Source of the DNA: Dehalococcoidia bacterium
GTDB lineage: Bacteria > Chloroflexota > Dehalococcoidia > UBA6926
Assembly: GCA_963666115.2 (NCBI GenBank)
Contig: CAXXET010000006.1
Coordinates: 512,001 to 576,000, forward strand
Reading direction: 5' to 3'
DNA length: 64,000 nt
Below the pieces are notes generated by a model. It was not told the DNA's origin, made no database searches, and saw nothing but the letters and a program-made list of their open reading frames with translations. Position numbers and translations under genes: made by a program. Positions 46,985 to 55,922 of this stretch are shown here, piece after piece. Position 1 is the stretch's first letter. Each line of letters begins with the position of its first letter.

Positions 46985-48331
46985 TCAGTCAGACTTGGGG
47001 GCGATGGAAACGCCGGCGCAGAGGATGGCAGGCGTGGACAGCGATCCGCCCAACTCTGTCGTTTCGGCCCCGATGGACATGATGTCCTTGAGGATGTCAT
47101 AGATATTGCAGTGGAGCATGGTGTCCTTGACGCGGCCAATGACCTCTCCGCCTTGCACGCGGTAGCCGAGCAGGATGTTGCCGCCCGCGTCGCCGCCCAG
47201 CACGTTGCCTTGCCCCATGCCAATGAGCCGCTCAACTATGACGCCATCATTCATCGTGCGGAGCATGTCATCAAACACGGCGTCGCCGGGCGCGATGCTG
47301 AGGTGGGTTGTGCCTGCGCCGGGCATCGCGCCGAGTCCGCGCGAGGCGCTGCTCGTCGGCTCGACGCCCGCCTTAGACGCCGACTGGAGTTCGTACAGGA
47401 TTGTGCGGAGCACGCCATCCTCGACGAGGAATTGGCGGCGGCTGGGCACGCCCTCATCGTCGTAGGAGCGGGATGGCGGCTTGAGGGGCAGGGTAGGGTC
47501 GTCGATGATGGACAGCCGCGCGTCAAAGACCTGCTCGCCGATGCGGCCTCCCAGCGGCGATGAGCCTTGCAGCACCGTCTTGCCGTTGATGCCGGAGAGG
47601 AAGGGGCCGAGCAGGACGGATGAGACGGCGCGGGGCATGAAGAGGACGGGCATGCGACCGGCGGGCGTGGGGGCGATGTCCTTGCCCCATTCGATCTGCT
47701 GGCGCATGCCGTTGATGTGCCGCTGCATACCCCAATCCGGGCTGCATCCGCGGTCGCCCTCACCGATGAAGAACATATCCGTGCCGCGAATGAGCGTGCC
47801 GGAGACGTACAAGCCAAAGCCGCTCTTGCTGTGGCCGAAACCGACGCCGTTGGAGTTGAGGAACGCGAAGCTGCTTGTGCTGCGCGTCAGGCTCGCGCCG
47901 TACAGCGCCTCCGGCTCCAGCGGCTTGGCCTCGTCCAACAGCCGCCGCCCCGCGTCCACCATCGCCTCCGTCGTGACCTCCTCGATGGCGGGGTCGTAGG
48001 TTTCGATGGCGGGCGTGTCCGGCGACGGGCTGGGCAGGGCAAGTTCGGATTCGGGGCCGTAGCGGGCGAGTTCAATGGCGCGGTCGACAAGCTCCTCCGC
48101 CTTGTCGGGATCGTTTGTTGATGAGACACCCATGCGCCCATCGACGAAGACGCGAATGCCGAGTCCCCACGACTGGCGTGTTGAGATTTCCTTGAGTTTT
48201 TCCGCTTCGAAGCTGACGGGCGTGGATTCGCCCTCACCGACCATGACCTCGGCGGCGGTGGTCTTGCCGCGCGCGTAGGCGAGCGTTCGCTCAAGCAGCG
48301 CGAGGTCAGCGTCTCGTGGCGCTCCGGTCAT
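46985..48331 (-). CDS. pmbA: TldE/PmbA family protein
   Basis: GLGIRV..DGRMG, IIDDP, YDDEGVP, no HExxH; follows tldD. Confidence 0.88.
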   Translation of the reverse strand: MTGAPRDADLALLERTLAYARGKTTAAEVMVGEGESTPVSFEAEKLKEISTRQSWGLGIRVFVDGRMGVSSTNDPDKAEELVDRAIELARYGPESELALPSPSPDTPAIETYDPAIEEVTTEAMVDAGRRLLDEAKPLEPEALYGASLTRSTSSFAFLNSNGVGFGHSKSGFGLYVSGTLIRGTDMFFIGEGDRGCSPDWGMQRHINGMRQQIEWGKDIAPTPAGRMPVLFMPRAVSSVLLGPFLSGINGKTVLQGSSPLGGRIGEQVFDARLSIIDDPTLPLKPPSRSYDDEGVPSRRQFLVEDGVLRTILYELQSASKAGVEPTSSASRGLGAMPGAGTTHLSIAPGDAVFDDMLRTMNDGVIVERLIGMGQGNVLGGDAGGNILLGYRVQGGEVIGRVKDTMLHCNIYDILKDIMSIGAETTELGGSLSTPAILCAGVSIAPKSD

Positions 48332-48334
48332 CGT

Positions 48335-49702
48335 CTACGCGCCCCCGACGAGGCAGTTCTGGATGCGGATGTGGGGGCTGCCGTTGGAGACGGGCAGGGG
48401 GGACTGCCCGGCCTTGCCGCATCCGCCGCCCTGGTTCATATCGAGATCGTTGGCGACGGCGTCCAGGTTCTCCAGCGTGGTGAAGACGTTGCCGGAGAGC
48501 ACGACGGGGCGCAGCAGCTCCTCGATGCGCCCGTTGCGGATGCGGTACGCCTCGCCTGCGGAGAAGGTGAACATCTCCATGGACGTCATGCCGCCGTACC
48601 AGTTCTTGCAGTAGACACCGTCCTTGACTTCTGAAATCAGTTCCTCAGCGGTGGCCGCGCCCGGCTCGATGAACGTGTTGGTCATGCGGACGATGGGCGC
48701 GAATCGATAGTCCATGGCGCGGGCGTTGCCCGTCACGCCCTCGCCCATCTTGCCCGCTGTCTCCCGCGAGTGCAGCCGCCCCACCAGCACGCCCTCGCGG
48801 ATCAGGTCCGACCGCTGTCCGGGTATGCCCTCGTCGTCGTAGTCATACGAGCCGCGGAGGCCGGGGACGGAGGCGCCGTCCACGATGTTCAGGTGCTGGC
48901 CGCCGAATCGCCGCCCCAGCACCATGATTTCCTTCATTTGGTCGTTCTCATAGACGAAGTCCGACTCCGAGAGGTGGCCGAACGCCTCATGCGCGAACAC
49001 GCCGCCCAGGATGGGGTCGCAGATGACCGTGTACTCGCGCCCCTCAACCTGTGGCGCGTCAAGCAGCGCGACAGCCTTTTCCGCGATCTCGCGCATCTCA
49101 TCGTGCCGGCCCTCGAGAACGGCGTAGTCGCCCAGGCTGCCGACGCTGACGCCGTACTGCTGGACGTCCGCGTCCCTGCGGGCCACGGCGCGGGCGTTAA
49201 AGGTGACGTCCACGCGCTCCTGGCGGATGTATGAGCCCTCCGAGTTGGCGAAGTGGGTTACGCGGCGGCGGTTGCCGGAGGCGATGAACGTGCTCTGGAT
49301 GTCCGGCACGGCCCACATGGCCTCGACGTATTCCTGCAAGAGGCCGACCTTGCGGTCAAGCGGCACGAGGAACGGGTCATTGTCCAGGACGGGGGCGGGT
49401 TCGGCGATGACCGGCTCGCTGCGGACAAGCTCGCCGCCCTCGCCGGATGCAAGGCGCGCTTGCCGCACCGCCGTCGCGACGCGCTCGCGGAGGTCGTCCG
49501 ACCGGGTGAACGTGACGAAACCCCAGCCGCCGTTGACGTATGCGCGCGCCGCCCCGCCCCTGCTGGTCGAGCCGCCGATGTCGTCGATCTCATGGCCGCG
49601 CATGGAGATGTGGTTCGTGTCCAGCTCCTCCAGCCGCAGCTCGATGTAATCCGCGACGTGGCCGCTGAGGGCCTGCGCCATTTCGTCACGCATGGGCGTC
49701 AT
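48335..49702 (-). CDS. tldD: TldD metalloprotease
   Basis: HEAFGHLSE, YDDEG, RMTNT, GGCGKAGQ. Confidence 0.93.
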   Translation of the reverse strand: MTPMRDEMAQALSGHVADYIELRLEELDTNHISMRGHEIDDIGGSTSRGGAARAYVNGGWGFVTFTRSDDLRERVATAVRQARLASGEGGELVRSEPVIAEPAPVLDNDPFLVPLDRKVGLLQEYVEAMWAVPDIQSTFIASGNRRRVTHFANSEGSYIRQERVDVTFNARAVARRDADVQQYGVSVGSLGDYAVLEGRHDEMREIAEKAVALLDAPQVEGREYTVICDPILGGVFAHEAFGHLSESDFVYENDQMKEIMVLGRRFGGQHLNIVDGASVPGLRGSYDYDDEGIPGQRSDLIREGVLVGRLHSRETAGKMGEGVTGNARAMDYRFAPIVRMTNTFIEPGAATAEELISEVKDGVYCKNWYGGMTSMEMFTFSAGEAYRIRNGRIEELLRPVVLSGNVFTTLENLDAVANDLDMNQGGGCGKAGQSPLPVSNGSPHIRIQNCLVGGA

Positions 49703-49749
49703 CCATGCCTAGAATGAACGGGAAGGTCATGGAGAAAGTCTAGCATGCG

Positions 49750-50469
49750 ATGACGACGAGACGCCGCCGCCCGACCGTCCGCGCCAGGAGGACGCAGGAT
49801 GTCTACGCGCTGCTGCATGAGCAGAACGGCGAGCGGCCATGGTCCAGGCGCGCGGCGCCGATGGACGAGCTGATCTACACGGTACTCTCACAGCACACGT
49901 CCGACCTGAATACCGACCGCACATTCGCGGACCTGCGCGCCGCGTTTCCGACGTGGCGGGAAATCGTCGATGCGCCGACGGAGGCCGTGCAGGAGGCGAT
50001 CAGGCGAGGCGGGCTGTCACGGATCAAGGCGCCGCGCATCCAGGCCATCCTGCGCGAGATCGAGCGGCAGCGCGGGGAGTTCAGCATCGACTTTTTGGCG
50101 GAGATGCCGTTCGATGAGGCGCGCGCGTGGCTGCTGAGCCTGCCGGGGGTGGGGGAGAAGACGGCGGCGTGCGTGCTGCTGTTCAGCCTGGGCTTGCCCG
50201 CGCTGCCCGTCGATACGCACGTCCACCGCGTCTCAGGCCGCCTCGGACTGATCCCCAAGAAAATGAACGCGGACAAGGCGCACTACGCCCTGGAGTCCAT
50301 GCTGGACGATTCGCAGGTGTACCAGTTCCACGTCGATCTAATAGAGCACGGGCGTAAAGTCTGCCACGCCAGGCTCCCTACCTGCGGGGGTTGCGCCCTT
50401 TCGGCGCTGTGCCCAAGCAGCCTGGACCGGCGCGGGAGGGTCTTCCAGGGCGGAGATGCGCCGGATTAG
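49750..50469 (+). CDS. nth: Endonuclease III family DNA glycosylase
   Basis: LSQHT, LPGVGEKTA, VDTHV, CHARLPTCGGCALSALC Fe-S motif. Confidence 0.9.
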   Translation: MTTRRRRPTVRARRTQDVYALLHEQNGERPWSRRAAPMDELIYTVLSQHTSDLNTDRTFADLRAAFPTWREIVDAPTEAVQEAIRRGGLSRIKAPRIQAILREIERQRGEFSIDFLAEMPFDEARAWLLSLPGVGEKTAACVLLFSLGLPALPVDTHVHRVSGRLGLIPKKMNADKAHYALESMLDDSQVYQFHVDLIEHGRKVCHARLPTCGGCALSALCPSSLDRRGRVFQGGDAPD

Positions 50470-50709
50470 GGCGTCCAGCCGGCGACCGAAGAAGTGGATT
50501 TCGGCCTTGGTCCTGCGGCGGCGGGTGTGTTTCGCGATGGTGCGGGCAATCTCCAGGCCGGTGGGGAGCCTTCTGCCGTGGTTTACGCCGCGGGTGGCGA
50601 CGACGTCTTTCATGACGTCGATGGCGACCAGGCACTTAGCACCGCGATTGGTGCGGGCGATTACGGAGCGCTGGTAGTGGAGTCTGCGGGCCTGGCTGCC
50701 ACGGCTCAT
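50338..50709 (-). CDS. Small Arg-rich hypothetical protein (123 aa)
   Basis: ATG with RBS AAAGGAGA; high GC3 codon usage over the first ~90 codons; tail overlaps nth antisense. Confidence 0.6.
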   Translation of the reverse strand: MSRGSQARRLHYQRSVIARTNRGAKCLVAIDVMKDVVATRGVNHGRRLPTGLEIARTIAKHTRRRRTKAEIHFFGRRLDALIRRISALEDPPAPVQAAWAQRRKGATPAGREPGVADFTPVLY

Positions 50710-50775
50710 TTGGGTTCTCCTTTCGTGGTGTCCCTTGTGGTCTCCTTTCGGTTCGTTCCGGTTTGGCGGGTCTTG

Positions 50776-51155
50776 GGGGTGCATCGGCGCCGGACTCCAG
50801 TCATTTAGTTGAACCGTCATCGGTTCGGCGCAGTGGGAGCTTCGTTCCATCGCGCCGGCCACCGTTTTAGGCCGCGCTCCGGTCTCCAGATATTCGCGCC
50901 AGAAGCTACCCTGACGCCGGACGACTCTCGCTGCGCCGCGATTGCCGCCCCCCTATACGCCCCGTCAGCCCACCGTCACTGGCCGCCCGTGGCCACGAGC
51001 AAACCCGTCGTGGTTTCCTGGCCGGGAAACCAGAATCCATTTGGCGCCGATGCACCCCTGCAGGGAACGCCCTCCTTTTTCGCGCCCCCAGGGATTGTTG
51101 TGACGGCTCGGGTGTCGACTTTACCCTCGCCGCCGTCTGGATGGCCTCGTTCGAT
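50776..51155 (-). ncRNA. Candidate large structured RNA / 5' leader
   Basis: 16-bp perfect inverted repeat 50776-50791/51043-51058, G-U-extended only on the minus strand, many nested helices, upstream TTGCCC-18-TAACCT. Confidence 0.55.
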
Positions 51156-51320
51156 GGGGTGAGGTTAGTACAGGGGTTTTGTTTGGGGCAAGGGGTGGTG
51201 TCACATGGGGGGGGCACGTTTGCCCTGAGTCTCTTCGGCCTGGGCCTGTTGAAGGGCATGATCGGAGGGTATACTTGGGCGCGGGCGGCGAAGAGTCGCT
51301 GTGAAGGGAGACAATAAGGT

Positions 51321-51674
51321 ATGGGCGCGTTTCGCGTTGGAATTACGGTATCGAATCGAGAGGGAACCCGCTCTCGCGACGTGCAGGCTCTCGTTGACAC
51401 AGGCGCGTTCTACAGCCTCATGCCGTCGAGCACCCTGGCCGAACTCGGCATCGAGCCGACACGGACGAGAACGTTCAACGTCGCCGACGGGCGCAGCATT
51501 GACATGCCTGTCGGCGAGGCCATGGTTGAGTATGGGGGCGATCAGGTGTCGACCTATGTCGTCTTCGGCCCGGAGAACGCCAGGCCGCTCCTGGGCGCGT
51601 ACACGCTGGAGGCGCTTGCCCTGCAGGTAAATCCCCTCAAGGGGGAACTCATCCAGGCCGAGTTGACTTTGTAA
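51321..51674 (+). CDS. Clan AA (retropepsin-like, AF_0612 type) aspartic protease
   Basis: ALVDTGA catalytic motif, ADGR, LLGAYTLE. Confidence 0.88.
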   Translation: MGAFRVGITVSNREGTRSRDVQALVDTGAFYSLMPSSTLAELGIEPTRTRTFNVADGRSIDMPVGEAMVEYGGDQVSTYVVFGPENARPLLGAYTLEALALQVNPLKGELIQAELTL

Positions 51675-51677
51675 GGC

Positions 51678-51929
51678 AGGGCAACTGCCCTGCGAGAGTT
51701 GGGGATTGTGCCGACGCGCACGACGGAGTTCGAGTTGGTGAGCGGGGAGACGACACGGTATGAGCGCGGGGAGGCCGTCGTTCGGATAAACGGCTTTGCC
51801 CAGGTGACGCCGGTCGTCTTTGCCGAGGATGAGGCCGAGCCGCTCATCGGTGTCGTGACGCTGGAGCAGTTGGAGCTTGCGGTGGATTCTGTGGCGGGGG
51901 AGTTGATAGCGGCGCGGCCGCGGTTGTGA
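51678..51929 (+). pseudogene. 5'-truncated second retropepsin-like protease
   Basis: ALRELGIVP...PLIGVVTLEQL homologous to the upstream gene but lacks DTG and a start context. Confidence 0.65.
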
Positions 51930-51938
51930 CGGAAACGA

Positions 51939-53813
51939 TTACTCTTGCTTGGGCGGCCACTTCTTGGCGAAGCGCAGGATCAGTTCGAAGATGCTGGGGG
52001 TAGACTCAGTGCCAAGCACGACGTCTTGAACTTGATGCGGTAGCGCCGTGATAGGGGCGTAGTGAGCACCAGGGCGCCGTTGCCTGTTAACAGTCCCCAA
52101 AGATTGCGCCAGTTCAACCGCTACTTCCCAATTGAAGCGGCCATCCGGTGCGTTTGAACGGGCAATACTTCTGTTTATATATTCAATCCATTTCCCGATG
52201 CGATTTCTCTCATTAGGATTAAATCTCTTCGGGGCCTTCAAATGTTGCGCGATGAATGCTTCAACCGCATTAGAGTAGAATAATACTATCTGTGCTGGCC
52301 GCGTGTCTCGCCGGGGAAAAGCGACCCCTGCTAGGAGCAAGTATTCTAGGGTATCTTCACTGAGGTATACCACAACGTCACCAAGCCGTTCGCTTAGGAA
52401 ATTCCTGGCGTTTTCTTCTCTGCGAACATTAGCGATCTCCGCCAGTTCCAACAAAGTAGCACCAATCTGAGCTGGACTGCCTATCAGAAGGGCATTACTC
52501 CCCGCTTCTTGAGGTATTGGCAATTCGTGCGAATCATCAGGCACCAATTCAGTCACCGCCGTCGCCTCATTTTGTCGGCTTCTCCTGAGTGCTCTGGTTC
52601 CATCCAAATAACCCAGTTGGGACAGCCAATAAAGTGGAAGATCGGTTATACGATTGCTAAAAGCGGCTGGCCCGACGCCAAACAAATCATTGGTTTTCTG
52701 GGAACCTAGGGTTGCCAGAACCCCCAGCCGCAAATATTCTCCGTCGCCACTATCGGCATCCAAATGTGGGGCGATGAATGACAGTGCTGTTACTCCATTC
52801 GGCCATCCCGAAAACAAGTCTACCCATTCACTTTCCAGGGTATTTTTGTCCAGAGTTTCCCACAGTGCCGCAATACGACCAAACTCCCATGCCCAATGTT
52901 CCTTCGAACCTATAGGTAGATGGAGGTGGGTGCTTGTATTCTCGGATGTGGCTTCTTCTTCGAGGGCATCATCTTCGAGAAAGTCGGATTCTTCAATAAG
53001 CCACGCGCACATGTCAAGCATATTGGTCCAGTCATCCCAATTCAATTCTGCAGGGGCTGCGATGGCTCCCCTGATGAGCGCGGTCACGAAATGGCGATGC
53101 CAGTTGCTCAAAGGGTTCCAAGCATCAAACATTACCCAGTGGTTACAGAACGCTGCTAAGGTACGCTGGTACGTGCTTTGGGTGTCACTCTTATAAGAAC
53201 CGCCCTGTTGAGTAACCTGCCAATCTGGTCCAATGCCGCTCGTACCCGGCTGAAACAGATTAGTTACGAAAAAACCTTCGGGCATCGATTCCCCGACTAT
53301 AGCACGCGAAACATAGTCGACAGAAACATTGTAGCCTTCCATGTGCAATTGTACCCACTCAACTGCATGAAGCGGTGAGTTGGAGTCGAGAAATCTCTTG
53401 TAGTGCGGGCCATTGTCCGGATCATTCAGAATTCCAGGGTTTTCTTGAGTTTTTCGATATAGGATCTTCCTAATATCCTTTAGCCATTTCGGTTCATAGT
53501 CGGAAAGCAGATCGGGGCAACGATTCAGCGCATCCGCTATCAGCGAGTGCAGAGCCTCCATCTTTTCCGTCCAGTCAGGCTCGTCGGGATAGGGGAGATG
53601 AACGCGGTCAAACATGAATTTGGCATGAGCGATTGCAATCATATGTATCGCTGTTTCTGGGCCAGCATCACCATCCTTGATTGTCTCAATCGTCTCCTTA
53701 ATGTATTCGGAAGATTGGTTGATGTATTCGATCCCCGTGCTCTTTAGAACGTGCCTTACATAGTCATCGAAGACATCCTGGTTGGTTTCCGGCGTGCGGT
53801 CATCGGTGGTCAT
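51939..53813 (-). CDS. Low-GC hypothetical protein with putative C-terminal HEPN domain
   Basis: 624 aa, RBS GGGAG; YSNAVE...RRPGAH (Rx4H) near the C-terminus. Confidence 0.6.
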   Translation of the reverse strand: MTTDDRTPETNQDVFDDYVRHVLKSTGIEYINQSSEYIKETIETIKDGDAGPETAIHMIAIAHAKFMFDRVHLPYPDEPDWTEKMEALHSLIADALNRCPDLLSDYEPKWLKDIRKILYRKTQENPGILNDPDNGPHYKRFLDSNSPLHAVEWVQLHMEGYNVSVDYVSRAIVGESMPEGFFVTNLFQPGTSGIGPDWQVTQQGGSYKSDTQSTYQRTLAAFCNHWVMFDAWNPLSNWHRHFVTALIRGAIAAPAELNWDDWTNMLDMCAWLIEESDFLEDDALEEEATSENTSTHLHLPIGSKEHWAWEFGRIAALWETLDKNTLESEWVDLFSGWPNGVTALSFIAPHLDADSGDGEYLRLGVLATLGSQKTNDLFGVGPAAFSNRITDLPLYWLSQLGYLDGTRALRRSRQNEATAVTELVPDDSHELPIPQEAGSNALLIGSPAQIGATLLELAEIANVRREENARNFLSERLGDVVVYLSEDTLEYLLLAGVAFPRRDTRPAQIVLFYSNAVEAFIAQHLKAPKRFNPNERNRIGKWIEYINRSIARSNAPDGRFNWEVAVELAQSLGTVNRQRRPGAHYAPITALPHQVQDVVLGTESTPSIFELILRFAKKWPPKQE

Positions 53814-53876
53814 GGCTCAACTCCCTGCGTTTTGTTCATTGTGGCACATTTGGCGGGATTACGGAATGGGCGGATA

Positions 53877-53901
53877 GATTCTTCGCTGCGCTCAGAATGA
53901 C
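53877..53901 (-). repeat. REP-like repeat family A, left of the LRR gene
   Basis: GATTCTTCGCTGCGCTCAGAATGAC. Confidence 0.88.
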
Positions 53902-53931
53902 GGCGGTGGGCTGCTTTGACAGGGGCGCACC

Positions 53932-55059
53932 TTACTCATCGCACCAGAGCGGTTCACCATCGCTATCTTCGTTTCCCTCCGAAACCCTGATGGAGCCGCG
54001 TTCCTCCAGATGGCGGAGGCCGGCGGGCACACACCCCGTCAGTTCATTGCGTCTAAGGGACAAGAGGCCTAAGTATTGTAGGTTGCCAAGCTCGGGTGGG
54101 ATGCTACCAGAAAGCCGGTTGTCGCTCAGATCCAAGCCTTGCAGATGGGGGAGGTTGCCAAGCTCGGTTGGGATGCTACCGGAAAGCGAATTGTCGTTGA
54201 GGAGAAGTTCCTCAAGCTCAGTGGCTCGACCGAATTCAGGGGGTACAGGGCCGGATAAATTATTGTTGCTAAGGTCAAGCCTGTTGAGTTTTCTCAGATT
54301 TCCGAGGGTTGCCGGTATCGATCCGGTTAGTTCATTCCTACTCAATCCGAGCGATCTCAACTCTGCGAGATTCCCTAGTTCATCAGGGATACTGCCGGCC
54401 AGCCGGTTTTCCTCTGCCCAAAACACCTGTAGATTCTCCAAGCTGCCGAGCGCCTCAGGGATTTCGCCAACCAAGCGGTTCTGCAATACAATGAGACCCT
54501 CAAGCTGCGTCAGGCTGCCCAACTCCGCCGGCAGTTCCCCTGCCAGCCGATTGTTACCCAGGCTAAGCCATGTCACGCGGCCAGCGCTGTTTGCTACCAC
54601 ACCTACCCATTCATCAAGCGGTTCGTCGCTCAACCAATGCTCATTGTTCTTCCAGTTGTCGCCGTCTGTGGCGTGGTAGAGGGCGATTAGGGCTTGGCGG
54701 TCATTATCGGGGGGCGGGTCCGGGGTGGGCTTTGGCGTTGGCGGGGGGACGGGTGTTGGCTCTTGCGTGGGTTCGGGAGCGGCGGTGGGGACGGGCGTGG
54801 CTGTGGGGGGCGGGGTGGGGGAGGGCGTCGGGGCAGCGGCGGCGAGTTGTTCCGCGACGATGGTGGCGGCCAGGGTCTCGGCGGTGGCGTGGATATCGGG
54901 GGTTGCGGTGGGGCTTATGGATGGGGTGGGGGTGGGGGCATTGGCGGGGGAGGCGGGGCTATTGGAGGGCGGCTGGTCTTGTTGGGGTGATTCGACGGGG
55001 GTGCAGGCGACGAGGGTTAGGGCGGTTAGGGCTAGGGCGGCTATTCGTAGGCTAGTCAT
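53932..55059 (-). CDS. Leucine-rich-repeat lipoprotein (plant-type 24-aa LRRs, Pro/Thr linker)
   Basis: LVAC lipobox; DRQALIALY..TDGDNW cap; L.L..N.L.G.IP.ELGNL repeats. Confidence 0.92.
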   Translation of the reverse strand: MTSLRIAALALTALTLVACTPVESPQQDQPPSNSPASPANAPTPTPSISPTATPDIHATAETLAATIVAEQLAAAAPTPSPTPPPTATPVPTAAPEPTQEPTPVPPPTPKPTPDPPPDNDRQALIALYHATDGDNWKNNEHWLSDEPLDEWVGVVANSAGRVTWLSLGNNRLAGELPAELGSLTQLEGLIVLQNRLVGEIPEALGSLENLQVFWAEENRLAGSIPDELGNLAELRSLGLSRNELTGSIPATLGNLRKLNRLDLSNNNLSGPVPPEFGRATELEELLLNDNSLSGSIPTELGNLPHLQGLDLSDNRLSGSIPPELGNLQYLGLLSLRRNELTGCVPAGLRHLEERGSIRVSEGNEDSDGEPLWCDE

Positions 55060-55074
55060 GTTTTAAGGATAGCG

Positions 55075-55099
55075 GATTCTTCGCTGCGCTCAGAATGAC
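55075..55099 (-). repeat. REP-like repeat family A, right of the LRR gene
   Basis: Identical 25-mer, same orientation as 53877. Confidence 0.88.
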
Positions 55100-55132
55100 A
55101 GATGGTTGACGTGTTGGCGGCGGGGGGGGGCA

Positions 55133-55450
55133 TTAGCGGACGGCGTGGACCTCCAGGTGGACGCCCTCGTGCTCCTGGAGGCATCCGATCACGTCGAAGA
55201 GGTTGCGGGCATTAGGGTTTCCCTGTGGGCCGAGCATGCGCATGAGGCTCTTGGGCGGCTTGTCGACGCGGGATGCCAACTCGTCGAAACCAATCGTCGC
55301 GTTGATGTAGTCTCGCAGGATGATCTTGCCGGGTTCGACATCACCTGCCAGCAAACACTCAATGGCCTCCCTGAGCAGCCCATCACGAAAGGCAGGGTCT
55401 TGTTGCGCCCGCGCCTGAACCGTCTCCCTGAAACTCCTTGTAAGTGGCAT
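55133..55450 (-). CDS. HigA-like addiction module antitoxin (HTH)
   Basis: ILRDYINATIGF, KSLMRML...GNP. Confidence 0.82.
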   Translation of the reverse strand: MPLTRSFRETVQARAQQDPAFRDGLLREAIECLLAGDVEPGKIILRDYINATIGFDELASRVDKPPKSLMRMLGPQGNPNARNLFDVIGCLQEHEGVHLEVHAVR

Positions 55451-55452
55451 TC

Positions 55453-55782
55453 CTATTCCTCCTGCCGCTTTCGGCGTCGATACTCAGCCCACAACTCCTT
55501 TGCCGATTCTATGTCCCCCTGTTGCCGCGACTTCGTTCCGCCTGCTAGCAGGACGATTAGCATCTCCCCGTCTCTTCCAAAGTACACTCGGTAACCGGGT
55601 CCAAAATCGATACGGCATTCAAGGACTCCGCTTCCAACGCCTCGCACGTTTGAAAGGTTCCCTGCCTCCAAGCGGGCAAGCGCTGTTCCGACCCGGGCTC
55701 CGGCAATGGAATCAAGCCGATCAAACCATCGCCCGAACCGGCTTCGTCCTGACTCGTCGATGTATTCGCGCAGTTCAATCAC
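55453..55782 (-). CDS. RelE/HigB-like addiction module toxin
   Basis: ECRIDFGPGYRVYF, LLAGGTK..Q..DI. Confidence 0.9.
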   Translation of the reverse strand: MIELREYIDESGRSRFGRWFDRLDSIAGARVGTALARLEAGNLSNVRGVGSGVLECRIDFGPGYRVYFGRDGEMLIVLLAGGTKSRQQGDIESAKELWAEYRRRKRQEE

Positions 55783-55791
55783 GGTCCTATA

Positions 55792-55807
55792 GTAACACGT
55801 GTGTTAC
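55792..55807. promoter_or_regulatory. Putative TA autoregulatory operator
   Basis: GTAACAC-GT-GTGTTAC palindrome overlapping the minus-strand -10 (TACTAT) just before the toxin start. Confidence 0.6.
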
Positions 55808-55922
55808 CGTTGGGCGCACTGCTGCTTTTGCCCGCCCGTATGAGCGCGTCCCTTCCTGATAAAATGGGTGTTCACGCGATACACCAAGCAGCAACGCGAC
55901 TGACCGACGAGGGACAAGCGCC

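Noticed and set aside
50776-51058. Retron msr-msd, tmRNA, RNase P, SRP or intron identity for the structured region
   Set aside because: No reverse transcriptase nearby; lacks tRNA-like ends, GAGGAAAGUCC, SRP helix 8 and group II domain V. Left unassigned.
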